64,000 nt of DNA from Saprospiraceae bacterium (GCA_016714445.1 JADJNF010000004.1:183861-247860); one strand, 5' to 3'; shown: positions 49,634 to 60,147, counted from the first letter of the stretch. Notes: generated from the sequence alone by a model not told the origin. Numbers and translations: made by a program.

Positions 49634-49943
49634 GCTGTCTTGGTTTTAAACATTGAAAATCTTTTTCGATCAATATATACAAACCACTGGTATCTTTTCC
49701 GTCAAAGCCAATGGTTTCATTTTTATCCCAATGCTGAACAAGTGATTGAGGAATGTAAATGGTAATAACACCTTGGATAAAGTCCGCAGTCAATTGCGGA
49801 TAATCACCTTGTTTTAAGGTGTATACCAACCGGTCATTTATAAATTGACAAACTGAACTTATTTCACCCTGATGCACTAAAGTTTTTATTTCTGTTTGAG
49901 AAAGCCTGATTCTTAATGAATTACCATTGATTCGGATTTTCAT
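49575..49943 (-). CDS. Hypothetical protein (first gene of the fdhD-mobA operon)
   Basis: ORF only. Start codon lies inside the 66-bp direct repeat DR1. Confidence 0.35.
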   Translation of the reverse strand: MKIRINGNSLRIRLSQTEIKTLVHQGEISSVCQFINDRLVYTLKQGDYPQLTADFIQGVITIYIPQSLVQHWDKNETIGFDGKDTSGLYILIEKDFQCLKPRQHEDESDLYTHPQSTVSSHD

Positions 49944-49999
49944 AATTTCTGATTTTTATGAAATGTAAAAATACTATAATTCAGTGAATGATGCAATAT
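49934..49999 (+). repeat. 66-bp direct repeat, copy 1 (bounds the ~3.2-kb islet)
   Basis: ggattttcataatttctgatttttatgaaatgtaaaaatactataattcagtgaatgatgcaatat. Identical except for one mismatch to 53161-53226. Confidence 0.8.
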
Positions 50000-50162
50000 A
50001 AAGGATGAATGTGACAAAGTACAAATAATCAAAAGATTTTCAATATTTAGATCGTAGTCAACGTCAATTTTATCATTCAGAATTTTATCGTTAAATGAAA
50101 TTCTGCCGCTTACCCTGCTATTGGCAGTTTCCTTTGATTGAATCTGTCGGGGTACATTTTTT

Positions 50163-50272
50163 GGGTGTATCCCATTTTTGTACAGAAACCAACGTATAAT
50201 TCCTTTTGTCTCCTTAAGGGTTAGGGTAAAACAAAAGGAATTTTACACTAGTGTTAATTTTGGGATACACCC
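50163..50272. other. Nested inverted-repeat structure (possible regulatory RNA element or terminator) in the operon leader / islet
   Basis: Outer 12-bp arms GGGTGTATCCCA / TGGGATACACCC. Inner 10-bp arms TTCCTTTTGT / ACAAAAGGAA. Confidence 0.35.
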
Positions 50273-50453
50273 GATTTTTATGATCTAAAAATCTCTCCCT
50301 CTTCATGATGATCTTTGATACTGTATTCTGTTCGCCCATGAGTTTTTGTGGGAGCAAATTATATATTTATTTTACTTCTTACCTTATGAAAATTCTATTT
50401 CGGCCACTAATATTTTTGCATTAAAATCAGCTTTCTAAAATTATAACTAAGTA

Positions 50454-50816
50454 TTATATACTTTTATTTTTCATCCAGTCCATCACTTTGTGCATAGTAT
50501 CTATGGATTGCCCAAAAGCATGTAATAATTCTTTGTCCGTGTAGTTATTGATCTGAGTACCGTTGATGGTAGAGTTTTCTACTTTTTCGATATTGAAGGT
50601 AGCCCCACTATTTTCTTGCAAAATAGAAGCTATAGGTACAGAAAAATAATCTGTAATCTTCTGGAGTTTTGTGAGGGTGATGTCTATTTTCCCATTTTCA
50701 AATTGGGAGTATGCTGCTTTGAACATCTCCAGTTCCTGGGCAACAATTTCTGCTTTATACCCTTTTTGATTCCTGAGCGCTTTTATTCGGGTAGCTATTC
50801 GGGCATTAATGTCCAT
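50454..50816 (-). CDS. XRE-family HTH transcriptional regulator
   Basis: IATRIKALRNQKGYKAEIVAQELEMFKAAYSQFENGK HTH. Confidence 0.6.
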   Translation of the reverse strand: MDINARIATRIKALRNQKGYKAEIVAQELEMFKAAYSQFENGKIDITLTKLQKITDYFSVPIASILQENSGATFNIEKVENSTINGTQINNYTDKELLHAFGQSIDTMHKVMDWMKNKSI

Positions 50817-51182
50817 AATTGTTTTTATAAAAAAAGTGACCATAGTAAGATAAACAAAAATACAATATACCGCAAATCAATAAAATGACCAATTTTATAA
50901 CGGCACATTAACATTTGTTTCGTATTTAAAAACAATGGTAGAGAAATTCAGAAATCTTTTCTATTTTATTTATCATATTTTGTTTGCAAATGCCGTTTCT
51001 TTGTTGTGTCATGATGCGGACGTCAGTATCTATGGCAGGTGGTTTTACCATGTTTCCACCGATCTCACAGCCGGCGGGGTGTAAGAACATTAAAAATCTG
51101 GCGGGATATTTACCCTTACCCGGCTGAACTACGAGTGTGAAAAGGCGATGAAAAAGAGAGGGAGAAATTTAATAATTTTAAA

Positions 51183-51377
51183 ATGGCTAATTTTTTTAAA
51201 AACTTTGAAAATTTATCTTTTAAAGATTCTTCAAAGACGATATGTGGAGGTGATACTGGAACAACTAAGTTTGATAAAATGACTTCGACAGCAACTAATT
51301 GGAGTTATCAATCTTATGATCCAACAAATTATGATGGTTCAAGTGGCGACTGGAATGACAGAGACGCATGTAAATAA
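51183..51377 (+). CDS. Small Ser/Thr/Asp-rich peptide, candidate RiPP (graspetide-like) precursor
   Basis: 64 aa. ...GGDTGTTKFDKMTSTATNWSYQSYDPTNYDGSSGDWNDRDACK. Lies two genes upstream of an ATP-grasp ligase homolog. Confidence 0.3.
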   Translation: MANFFKNFENLSFKDSSKTICGGDTGTTKFDKMTSTATNWSYQSYDPTNYDGSSGDWNDRDACK

Positions 51378-51495
51378 TTATTTTGTTTCTTCAAGAAATT
51401 GACTCCACAGTTTCCTGAAGTTTTTTCAATAATTTCAATTATATTTTATTATATATATTTATTTATTATTTTAAATTCTAATACATTCTGTTAAC

Positions 51496-52410
51496 ATGTT
51501 TAAAGTTAGATCGGGAGTAACATTTGGTATTCTGTTTCTTTTCTGCATAGCTAATTCTTGCTTTGATAAGACAAAATGTAATTTAAAAAAAATGAGTCAT
51601 GATGAAGTTTTTGATATGTTTAAAAAAGGCAGTTTTCCTCCATCTGATCTCCCCATACGTTCAATAAATGGGGATTTATTTAATCGTGATGAATTAAAAA
51701 ATTTTGATAATGAAAAATATGATTTTGCTCATGTTAAGGATTGTAATAACACCATAAAGTATCTACAAATAGTCAAAATTACATCTGATGATCTAAAAGC
51801 CCGAAAAAGATTAGATTCACTTTTTTCAAGCAATATTGACCTGCATATCAAGTTAGTAAAGTTTAGAGAAAAGGATACGGCGATAGCTAATCAAATAATA
51901 AAACAAATCAGAACTAGGGTGATTGTTCTTGATACAACTATTGATTGTGAGCATTTTTTTGAAGAACTCCAAGATGCTTTTGATAAAGACCAAGCCAGCA
52001 GGAGTTTAACAAATTTTAATGTAAACGACGACTTGAAAAATTTAGCTGTACTTGAGAGCATCACATCAAAATGTGGGTGGGAGGCTATTGAAAAAGCAGG
52101 TAAAGAAAGTTTGTATCATGCTTTTATAATTGTCCAGCATGCTCAACCAAAATACCGAATAAAATACTTTCCATTATTTAAAGGCTCGATGAATAAAGGG
52201 TTGATAGAAAAATCTATCATAGCTCTTATGATTGACAGAATTTTGATTGACAGCAACAAAAAACAGATATACGGTACTCAGTTTACAATTGACAATCAAT
52301 CTGGAGAAAAAATTTTGGAACCTATTGAAAACCCTGAAAAAATTGATAGTATAAGAAATACAGTAGGCTTAGGAACAATTTCAGATTATTTAAAAATAGT
52401 AAATAAATAG
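51496..52410 (+). CDS. Hypothetical lipoprotein
   Basis: Signal peptide with lipobox CIANSC. No recognised domain. Confidence 0.4.
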   Translation: MFKVRSGVTFGILFLFCIANSCFDKTKCNLKKMSHDEVFDMFKKGSFPPSDLPIRSINGDLFNRDELKNFDNEKYDFAHVKDCNNTIKYLQIVKITSDDLKARKRLDSLFSSNIDLHIKLVKFREKDTAIANQIIKQIRTRVIVLDTTIDCEHFFEELQDAFDKDQASRSLTNFNVNDDLKNLAVLESITSKCGWEAIEKAGKESLYHAFIIVQHAQPKYRIKYFPLFKGSMNKGLIEKSIIALMIDRILIDSNKKQIYGTQFTIDNQSGEKILEPIENPEKIDSIRNTVGLGTISDYLKIVNK

Positions 52411-52413
52411 AAA

Positions 52414-53172
52414 GTGATACTTATTTTAAGCAAGGCCCAGAACGAACTTTCTACAAATAAATTAGTTGATACCTTGAATTATTACAAAGCAAACTTCTTA
52501 AGAGTTAACGGTAAAGATATTGTAAAACCAGGGAATTTTAATTTTGAACTTGGGGATCATTTTTATCTTCATGGTCGTCAAATAGATTTGAACAATATAA
52601 ATGTAGTTTTTAATAGAAGATGGTACGATGATGAAGATTTTAATCTTAATGACTTTTTTTCCGGATCAGAATTAGATTCTTACACTAAGGAAGTTAAAGG
52701 TGAATTTTCAGCAATTAGTCAATATTTTTTTAGTAAATTATCGAAGGCCTTGTGGGTGCCCGAAGTTAAAACCATTAATAAAATAACAGTTTTAGAAAAA
52801 GCTAAAACAGTTGGTTTGAAAATTCCTTGTACTTACATAGTGCCGAAAAAAGAGTTCCTATTTAGGCTTCTTGATAAGCACCAAAAATTAATTACTAAAG
52901 CTTGCGGAGATATTTGGCCCATAAGAACTGAAGACAAATTGTTGACTTTTTTGACAAAAAGAATTACAAATAATGAGGTTGGTAGTGACAACATAAGTAG
53001 TGAATTTTTCCCATCCTTAATTCAAGAAGAAATAGATAAAGATTATGAAGTTAGAATTTTCTACTTCTTTGGCGAGTTGTACTCAATGGCTATATTATCT
53101 CAAAATGATCCAAGCACTGAAGTAGATTTTAGAAATTATAACCACTCTAAATTATCGAGGGGATTTTCATAA
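52414..53172 (+). pseudogene. Graspetide-type ATP-grasp ligase (MdnC/MdnB-like), C-terminally truncated at direct repeat copy 2
   Basis: MILILSKAQNELSTNKLVDTL...NVVFNRRWY...KTVGLKIPCTYIV...RIFYFFGELYSMAILSQ...DFRNY parallels microviridin ATP-grasp ligases. Ends about 70 aa early, inside the 66-bp repeat. Confidence 0.5.
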
Positions 53173-53226
53173 TTCCTGATTTTTATGAAATGTAAAAATA
53201 CTATAATTCAGTGAATGATGCAATAT
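53161..53226 (+). repeat. 66-bp direct repeat, copy 2
   Basis: See 49934-49999. Confidence 0.8.
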
Positions 53227-53529
53227 CAGTGGTATAGAGTATTTTTAAACCAGATTACGCATTAGGAAACTACTGCAACGAAATTCTACTTCATATCAAT
53301 TTCAGTACTCACTTTTCTGTCCTCGCCGTAGTATTTACTGCGACTGCGGAAAAAAATTCCGTGCTTAATTGCTATTTTGTATAATTCCGTTTCGTAACGA
53401 AGCCCAATGCTTAATCTGGGTTTAAATTTTCACCATGCAAACAATAAGATGAAATTTTAAATACCCTCTTATGAGAAAAGTTTCCGGTTAGAATTTTTTT
53501 AAATACTTTTACAACATAGTAATAAATTA

Positions 53530-55815
53530 TTGTCACTGGTAAATATTAAACATATGAAAATCAAACCTGGGTTAATCTGTATTTTAATGATGATTATTTC
53601 AGCAATTTCTGCTGCACAAAGCCCAGGCTTGGATGATTATAAACGGGCTGTGGCATATCAATGGGGAAATCTGCTGAATAAAAAAGTATTTAATGTACAT
53701 GTACAACCGATTTGGTTTAGCGACAGTACTGGTGTGGCTTATGTCATCAATGGAAAGAAAGGAAAGATTTTCCATAAAATTGTATTTGATATTGCTAAAC
53801 CTGAGCCATTGTTTGACCAGGACAAACTCGCAAAATTGCTCACTGAAATTCAGAAAAAAGAAGTCAAAGGTGACAACCTTCCGATTCAGGGACTGAGCTG
53901 CAAAAATACAGAAGTGGTTGGTTTCAATTTTAATAATAAGTCTTACGAATTTAATACAAAAACGAATGAACTGCTAGAAGTCAATCCCCAAGAAATAAAT
54001 GAATTTGAATCAAAATCTCCTGATGGAAAATGGATTGTATATACTGAAAATTATAATTTGTATCTGAAATCTATTTCTGACGGGAAGGTAAAACCACTCA
54101 GCACCACGGGTAAAAGACTATATGAGTTCGGAACCTATTACGGATGGTCAGATATCATCACGGGTGAAGATGGGGAAAGGCCGAAAAGATTTTCTGCTAG
54201 CTGGTCACCGGACTCAAAATGGATACAAACGTATATTACTGATTTCAGGGTTGCTGAAAAAATGTATTTGCTTGACTGGAGCATTGATTCGCTTTATAAG
54301 CCCAAACTATTATCTTATTACAGAGGATCTCCGGGCGATACGACGATGGTCAGAATGATTCCTGTTTTTTACAATATTGAAACGGGTGAAGAATACATAA
54401 AATCCCATTTGCAAAGTACTCATACCAATCCAATACAGTATGAATGGTCAAAACAAAATAATGTCATTTATCAGGAAAATGCCATTCGTGGATATCAGGC
54501 TGTTGAGTTGCACAGGTGTGACTTAAGTAAAAAAAATGAAGAGCTGCTGTACAGGGAAACAAGTAAAACCAACATCGACAATTATTCTTCCCTGATTTTA
54601 GAAGATATAGGTAAAATATTGATTACATCTGAACGGGATGGCTGGAAACAATTGTATATGCTTGATATAAAAGATAAGTCATTACAAAGGTTAACCAAGG
54701 GCAATTATTATGTCAATCAGATATTACACAACGGACCTCAAAGTGGTTTTATATTATTTACAGCATCAGGAAAAGAACCCGGAAGAAATCCATATCATCA
54801 GCATATGTATAAGTACAGCCCAACCACCGGTACAACTTTATTAACGCCGGAAGATGCTAATCATGAAATTTCCATATCCCCTGATGGTAAGTGGTATGTA
54901 GACAATATTTCAACCATCAATCAGCCTACACGAACCATTTTAAAAAGCACAGAAACAAACATGTCTCCGGTAGAGCTTTCCAAAACCGATGTTTCTGATA
55001 TGGTGAAAGACTTGAATTTTAAATTTGTGGATCCATTTACTGCTACGGCACGTGATGGCAAAACAACTATTTTCGGCGCTATCTGGAAACCTACTAATTT
55101 TGATGAAACTAAAATGTATCCCGTCATTGATCAGTCTTACAGCGGACCTCATACTTTTATGTATCCCCGAAGTTTTATATCTTCATTGTCCCGCTCCAAT
55201 CAGGCTCTGGCAGAATTGGGTTTTATTGTCATCACGGTGGACGGTATGGGAACTGCCAACAGATCCAAAGAATTTCACAATGTATCCTACAAAAATATGG
55301 GTAAAAATCTGGAAGACCATAAACTGGCCATCCTGGAGCTTGGTAGGAAATATTCCTGGATAGATACTACCAGAGTCGGTATTTTTGGACATTCTGCCGG
55401 AGGGTACGACGCAGGACATGCGCTTCTGGAGTATCCAGAATTTTACAAGGTAGGTGTTGCCAGTTCAGCTGATCATGATTTCAGAATGGAAAAGGACTGG
55501 TGGCCTGAGATGTATATGGGCTGGCCGGTAGACTCTACCTATCATAAGGTGTCAAATATTACCATGGCAGGAAATCTAAAAGGAAAGCTTCTGATTACCC
55601 ACGGGGGCATAGATGAAAACGTCAACCCTTCTGCCACATTTAAGCTCGCTGAAGCCCTGATTAAAGCCAACAAAGAGTTTGATATGCTCATCCTACCCAG
55701 CCAGCGACATGGATATTTTGGCGCTTACGGCGATTATTTTACTAAAAAACGTTGGAATTATTTTGTTCAGCATTTATTGGGAGCAGAACCGATCTGGGAC
55801 TTTGAGATGAAGTAA
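53530..55815 (+). CDS. S9-family peptidase (dipeptidyl-peptidase IV-like, beta-propeller plus alpha/beta hydrolase)
   Basis: Signal peptide. Catalytic Ser GHSAGGY. Asp/His region GGIDENV...RHGY. Confidence 0.75.
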   Translation: MSLVNIKHMKIKPGLICILMMIISAISAAQSPGLDDYKRAVAYQWGNLLNKKVFNVHVQPIWFSDSTGVAYVINGKKGKIFHKIVFDIAKPEPLFDQDKLAKLLTEIQKKEVKGDNLPIQGLSCKNTEVVGFNFNNKSYEFNTKTNELLEVNPQEINEFESKSPDGKWIVYTENYNLYLKSISDGKVKPLSTTGKRLYEFGTYYGWSDIITGEDGERPKRFSASWSPDSKWIQTYITDFRVAEKMYLLDWSIDSLYKPKLLSYYRGSPGDTTMVRMIPVFYNIETGEEYIKSHLQSTHTNPIQYEWSKQNNVIYQENAIRGYQAVELHRCDLSKKNEELLYRETSKTNIDNYSSLILEDIGKILITSERDGWKQLYMLDIKDKSLQRLTKGNYYVNQILHNGPQSGFILFTASGKEPGRNPYHQHMYKYSPTTGTTLLTPEDANHEISISPDGKWYVDNISTINQPTRTILKSTETNMSPVELSKTDVSDMVKDLNFKFVDPFTATARDGKTTIFGAIWKPTNFDETKMYPVIDQSYSGPHTFMYPRSFISSLSRSNQALAELGFIVITVDGMGTANRSKEFHNVSYKNMGKNLEDHKLAILELGRKYSWIDTTRVGIFGHSAGGYDAGHALLEYPEFYKVGVASSADHDFRMEKDWWPEMYMGWPVDSTYHKVSNITMAGNLKGKLLITHGGIDENVNPSATFKLAEALIKANKEFDMLILPSQRHGYFGAYGDYFTKKRWNYFVQHLLGAEPIWDFEMK

Positions 55816-55923
55816 ATTTATTCATCATTTCAATCTATATTCTGCTAATAAATATCGTTTCTCAGACGGGATGATGAAACATTTGTCTGCGTTGAGATTA
55901 AATATGAGATTTAAAAAGGTAAA

Positions 55924-56271
55924 TCAGTCATCGTCTTCATCGTCAAAAAAGTCAGCGGCATCATCATCATCTGCGTCCGGCAACTCAATGCCCGGAGGAT
56001 TAAATAATCCCCAATCATCTTTGATGGCGTGATAAGGATCAAATGTTCCTACCCAATCTTTAAATAAAATTTTGTATTCATCGATTTTGTCGCGCAAAAG
56101 ATCCATATAGCTTACATACTCAAAATCAAACATTTCCAGACTATGTTTCTGAATATACAAATCTCTCCCTGCTTTGCGTATCAAGGCGGCACATTCCATT
56201 TTGATATCATAAAGTCCGCATCCTTCTGCACCTACAACTTTTACCTGCATTATATACGAATCAGCTCTCAT
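55924..56271 (-). CDS. Hypothetical protein with poly-acidic C-terminus
   Basis: Ends ...PDADDDDAADFFDDEDDD. No ATG, GTG or TTG upstream in frame beyond this M. Confidence 0.4.
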   Translation of the reverse strand: MRADSYIMQVKVVGAEGCGLYDIKMECAALIRKAGRDLYIQKHSLEMFDFEYVSYMDLLRDKIDEYKILFKDWVGTFDPYHAIKDDWGLFNPPGIELPDADDDDAADFFDDEDDD

Positions 56272-56506
56272 AAACCCTGCAATTTCGTTTAAAATTTCAT
56301 TGTCTTCAGGGATAAGCCCTGCAATTTCCGATACGAGTTCGATGATTTCACCTCCTTTCTCAAAAAGCGCCTTGCTTTATTCATTTTTAAATCTTTCTGG
56401 AAATTGCATGTGCATATTTTTAAAAATGCAAATGTATCAAAGTTATTGAAATTGAGAGAGAAGGGAACCCTATTGTTTATCTCAATCGATGGTAAATCAT
56501 TTGAAA

Positions 56507-57229
56507 TTAAAATGTCATTGCCAGCCCAATATCATAACGTCTGTAAGTAATATCAAAATGTGATTTACTCCAGCTGTCCAAAGTTTCATATTGGGTTTTT
56601 TGAAATTTTACCCCACAAAAAATATCAATGTATGGGAAACCGGTTCCCAGTCGATATCCTATCGTAGGATTTATGAAGTAATCGCCTTTCGCTTCTGTTT
56701 GCCCAATACTTTTATCTTCAAATGCAAAACTGTGTCCAACTCTCAAAGAGAAATAAGGTGAAAGATTTTGTTTCAATAAAAACGTTCTGAGTTCAAGAAA
56801 AACCGGCATTAAATTATTTCCTTGCTCTAATCTGTAGTTGTCGATGCCTACACCTGCACCAACAGCCAGCCAGTGCCTGAATTGATAACCCGCACTTTGA
56901 GAAAAAGAAATGCCACTATTGTCTTTTTTATACAGAACAGAAAGCTGACTTCTGGTGTAAAAGGTATTTTGTCTGAAGGTGTACATTTTAGCCACTTCTG
57001 ATTCAGAATACATTTTTACTTTTTTTACCAGATTTGATGGAAAAGTCATCGTATTGCCATTCTGTATCTGAAAAACAACCGAATCTTTAGGTTGATATTC
57101 TATTATTTTACCCACCAGAACGCTGCCATTTTTCAAGTAAATCTTGTCTGTGGCAGGTGTCTGAGCGTACCCCAAAAAGTAAAAATAAATAAGCAAAAAC
57201 GTGACTGCGAATTTGTGGCTCTTCATCAT
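56507..57229 (-). CDS. Outer-membrane beta-barrel protein
   Basis: Signal peptide ...GYAQT. C-terminal ...GLAMTF (terminal Phe). Alternating strands. Confidence 0.5.
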   Translation of the reverse strand: MMKSHKFAVTFLLIYFYFLGYAQTPATDKIYLKNGSVLVGKIIEYQPKDSVVFQIQNGNTMTFPSNLVKKVKMYSESEVAKMYTFRQNTFYTRSQLSVLYKKDNSGISFSQSAGYQFRHWLAVGAGVGIDNYRLEQGNNLMPVFLELRTFLLKQNLSPYFSLRVGHSFAFEDKSIGQTEAKGDYFINPTIGYRLGTGFPYIDIFCGVKFQKTQYETLDSWSKSHFDITYRRYDIGLAMTF

Positions 57230-58491
57230 TCATTTATCTTTATGGTGCTTACTACTTTAGGGGTTTTTGGGTCAGTGACATTATACTGATAAAATCCATC
57301 ATCCCCTATCATGAACAATCGATCTTTTGTCAATGATATCATATCATAGCTATGTATGTTTTCAATTTTGGCAATTTCGTTTATTTTGTTGGGATCTTCA
57401 GCATTCAAGACCTTGAAGCCATATTCACCTTCTGCCAGATATATCTTTCCTTCACTGTAAGATAAGCCGTGGGGATGTTTCATCGGGTACGACTTGATTA
57501 GTTTTGGTTGAAGGATATTGGAAATATCTATGACATCAAGCTGATTGATAAAACCATTACATTCGCTGCCATTTCTGAGAGTCACATAAGCTGTGTTTTC
57601 ATGTACTACAACCGGATCGCAAGCTCTTGCATGTTCAAATGTGGAAAGAAGTACAGGGGTTTCCGGCCTTGAATTATCAAAAATAAACATTCCTGCATTT
57701 GACCCAACAAATAGTTTATCTTTATATGGAAAGATGGTCTCAATACCCCATCCCAACTGAGTGGTATTTTTGAATTCCGGATTTGAAGGAGTAGATATCA
57801 GGTATGATTTTAACGAGCTTTGGTTTACAGTATACAGATAGTCATTCACAACAGTAAATCTGGCAAAGGATCCTCCTATCCCTGACGAAGAAGTATTATT
57901 TCCTGTATTAATTACACTTGAATTTGGCGCTGATGACGCATCAAAATTGGCAAATCCTCCCTCAAAAAAAATCCCCCTTCCGAAATTCGGGTTATTACAG
58001 TCAAGTATTTGTGTGACATTGGATTTTACGCTATAAACATAGTATAGCTGTGGATCGTAATTGATATACTGGTTGTTAAAATCCTCGATTCTTTTTACTG
58101 TTTTTGGATTTGATATATCAGTAATATCTATGGCTATCAGATCTATGGCATTGTCCGCATACATAATATTATTTTTGACAGCAATATCAAAATTGCCCGG
58201 AATATCATAAAAGCTGATCTTTACAGGATTTGTTTCATCTTTCATATCATAAATGTGAACACCTTTGCCTTGCTCATTGATAAACAGATATTGTTTATAA
58301 AAATACATCTTCCCCGGATTCTCCAGTTTTCTGGTAACGGTTGCTTCTACATTTTTACGGAATTGAGCCTTTGTCATGTAAACAGGAGTATATTGTATAA
58401 ACTCCCGCTGTTCGGTACAGCTGTCTTTAAGACATGACTGAAATAACAAAATAAGAATCAGTCCTGAAAATAAATACTTCAAATTTTTCAT
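57226..58491 (-). CDS. LVIVD-repeat beta-propeller lipoprotein
   Basis: Lipobox LLFQSC. Repeated LVIVD-like blocks (YAEGEYGFKVLNAEDP..., LFMIGDDGFYQYNVTDP...). Start taken at the internal MKNLKYL. Confidence 0.55.
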   Translation of the reverse strand: MKNLKYLFSGLILILLFQSCLKDSCTEQREFIQYTPVYMTKAQFRKNVEATVTRKLENPGKMYFYKQYLFINEQGKGVHIYDMKDETNPVKISFYDIPGNFDIAVKNNIMYADNAIDLIAIDITDISNPKTVKRIEDFNNQYINYDPQLYYVYSVKSNVTQILDCNNPNFGRGIFFEGGFANFDASSAPNSSVINTGNNTSSSGIGGSFARFTVVNDYLYTVNQSSLKSYLISTPSNPEFKNTTQLGWGIETIFPYKDKLFVGSNAGMFIFDNSRPETPVLLSTFEHARACDPVVVHENTAYVTLRNGSECNGFINQLDVIDISNILQPKLIKSYPMKHPHGLSYSEGKIYLAEGEYGFKVLNAEDPNKINEIAKIENIHSYDMISLTKDRLFMIGDDGFYQYNVTDPKTPKVVSTIKINE

Positions 58492-58599
58492 ATTCAAATT
58501 TTTATACGTTTTGTGAATGTAAAGATAGACGGACATCCGATGGCTTATGGTTGGTAGTTTTTTCAATTTATTTTATCTGATACGATAAAAAATGATATT

Positions 58600-59307
58600 T
58601 TGGGAATGTTTTCTCATATTTGCATTTCTGAAATAATGAAGATGATAAGGATACTATCCAAATTGGTTTCTTTTATAATGCACCCGTTGTTTATCATCAG
58701 CTATGTGTTGTTTTTTCTGATGCAGGCTAATCCATATATCTTTGGGTATTCCGGACCAAAATCACAAGGACTGATATTAATTTCTATTGTGACAATATCT
58801 TTTATGTTCCCTATGATTTCTATCTTATTGATGAAAGCCCTTGGTCTGATCCAAACTTTGGAGATGAAAGATAAAAAGGAACGGATAGGCCCACTGATTG
58901 TCACAGGATTATTTTATATGTGGTTGTACGTGAATGTGAGAAATAATACGAATATACCTGATGCACTTTCATTTTTTATTTTAGGTAGTACGATATCAGT
59001 TTTTATGGCTTTGATGATCAATAGTTTTACCAAAATAAGTCTGCATACAATCGCCATGGGTGGATTGACTGCAGGTATTATGTTTATCATTTTTAACTGG
59101 ACCTACGGGACTGTTGATATTCCTTTTCCCTGGTTCAATTTTCAGCTCAGAATAAGTGACCGTCTGGTAGCTATGATAGTTGTAATATTGGCAGGAGCTG
59201 TAGGATCAAGCCGGTTATATTTGAAAGCACATAGAGAAGATGAAATTTACGGAGGCTACCTTGTGGGGGTACTATCCCAGATCATCGCTTTCAGAATATT
59301 TTTTTAG
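58600..59307 (+). CDS. PAP2-like membrane phosphatase family protein
   Basis: Six TM helices. C-terminal SSRLYLKAHREDE (SR-x5-H-x3-D/E) and upstream S-x-H. Confidence 0.45.
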   Translation: MGMFSHICISEIMKMIRILSKLVSFIMHPLFIISYVLFFLMQANPYIFGYSGPKSQGLILISIVTISFMFPMISILLMKALGLIQTLEMKDKKERIGPLIVTGLFYMWLYVNVRNNTNIPDALSFFILGSTISVFMALMINSFTKISLHTIAMGGLTAGIMFIIFNWTYGTVDIPFPWFNFQLRISDRLVAMIVVILAGAVGSSRLYLKAHREDEIYGGYLVGVLSQIIAFRIFF

Positions 59308-59331
59308 TTAGTATAAATTGAAGTATACAAA

Positions 59332-60147
59332 ATGGAAGATTTAAAAAATCTGATAGAAAAATTATGGGATGACAGAAGTCATTTGAGCTCTCCTGGTTCT
59401 CAGGATGCCATCAGAGAAGTGGTGGATCTGGTTGATCGTGGAGTTTTACGTGTTGCAGAACCTGATGGAGATGGCTGGAAAGTCAATGATTGGGTAAAAA
59501 AAGCCATAGTTCTCTTTTTTTCAATTCAGCGAATGGAAACTATAGAAGTAGGCCCTTTCGAATTTCATGATAAAATACCTCTGAAAAAAAATTATGCAGC
59601 ACAGGGTGTCAGGGTAGTACCTCATGCCATAGCAAGATATGGTTGCTTTATTGAATCAGGAGCTATACTTATGCCTTCTTATGTAAATATCGGTGCGTGG
59701 GTTGGAAGTGGTACTATGGTAGATACCTGGGCTACCGTTGGATCATGCGCTCAGATAGGGAGACATGTACATCTTTCCGGTGGTGTAGGTATAGGTGGTG
59801 TACTTGAGCCACCACAAGCCAGCCCTACGATCATAGAAGACCATTGTTTCATTGGCAGCAGATGTATAGTAGTGGAAGGAGTAAGGATCAGAAAAGAAGC
59901 TGTGCTTGGCGCTAATGTTGTGTTGACGCAGTCTACCCACATCATTGATGTCACTGGAGATGAGCCTGTCATTTATCGTGGTGAAGTGCCTGAACGATCC
60001 GTTGTGATTCCCGGCAGTTATACAAAAAAATTTCCTGCTGGTGAATATCAGGTAAATTGTGCGTTGATTATTGGACAGCGTAAAGCGTCCACAGACACCA
60101 AAGTCTCCCTCAATGAAGCACTCAGAGAATACAATGTGGCGGTATAA
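59332..60147 (+). CDS. dapD: 2,3,4,5-tetrahydropyridine-2,6-dicarboxylate N-succinyltransferase
   Basis: N-terminus MEDLKNLIEKLWDDRSHL. Hexapeptide-repeat C-domain (GAWVGSGTMVDTWATVGSCAQIG). Confidence 0.85.
   Translation: MEDLKNLIEKLWDDRSHLSSPGSQDAIREVVDLVDRGVLRVAEPDGDGWKVNDWVKKAIVLFFSIQRMETIEVGPFEFHDKIPLKKNYAAQGVRVVPHAIARYGCFIESGAILMPSYVNIGAWVGSGTMVDTWATVGSCAQIGRHVHLSGGVGIGGVLEPPQASPTIIEDHCFIGSRCIVVEGVRIRKEAVLGANVVLTQSTHIIDVTGDEPVIYRGEVPERSVVIPGSYTKKFPAGEYQVNCALIIGQRKASTDTKVSLNEALREYNVAV

Noticed and set aside
50163-50272. Moco riboswitch as a confident call
   Set aside because: Only the genomic context (fdhD/mobA leader) supports it. I cannot verify the consensus from memory, so it is kept as a low-confidence hypothesis.
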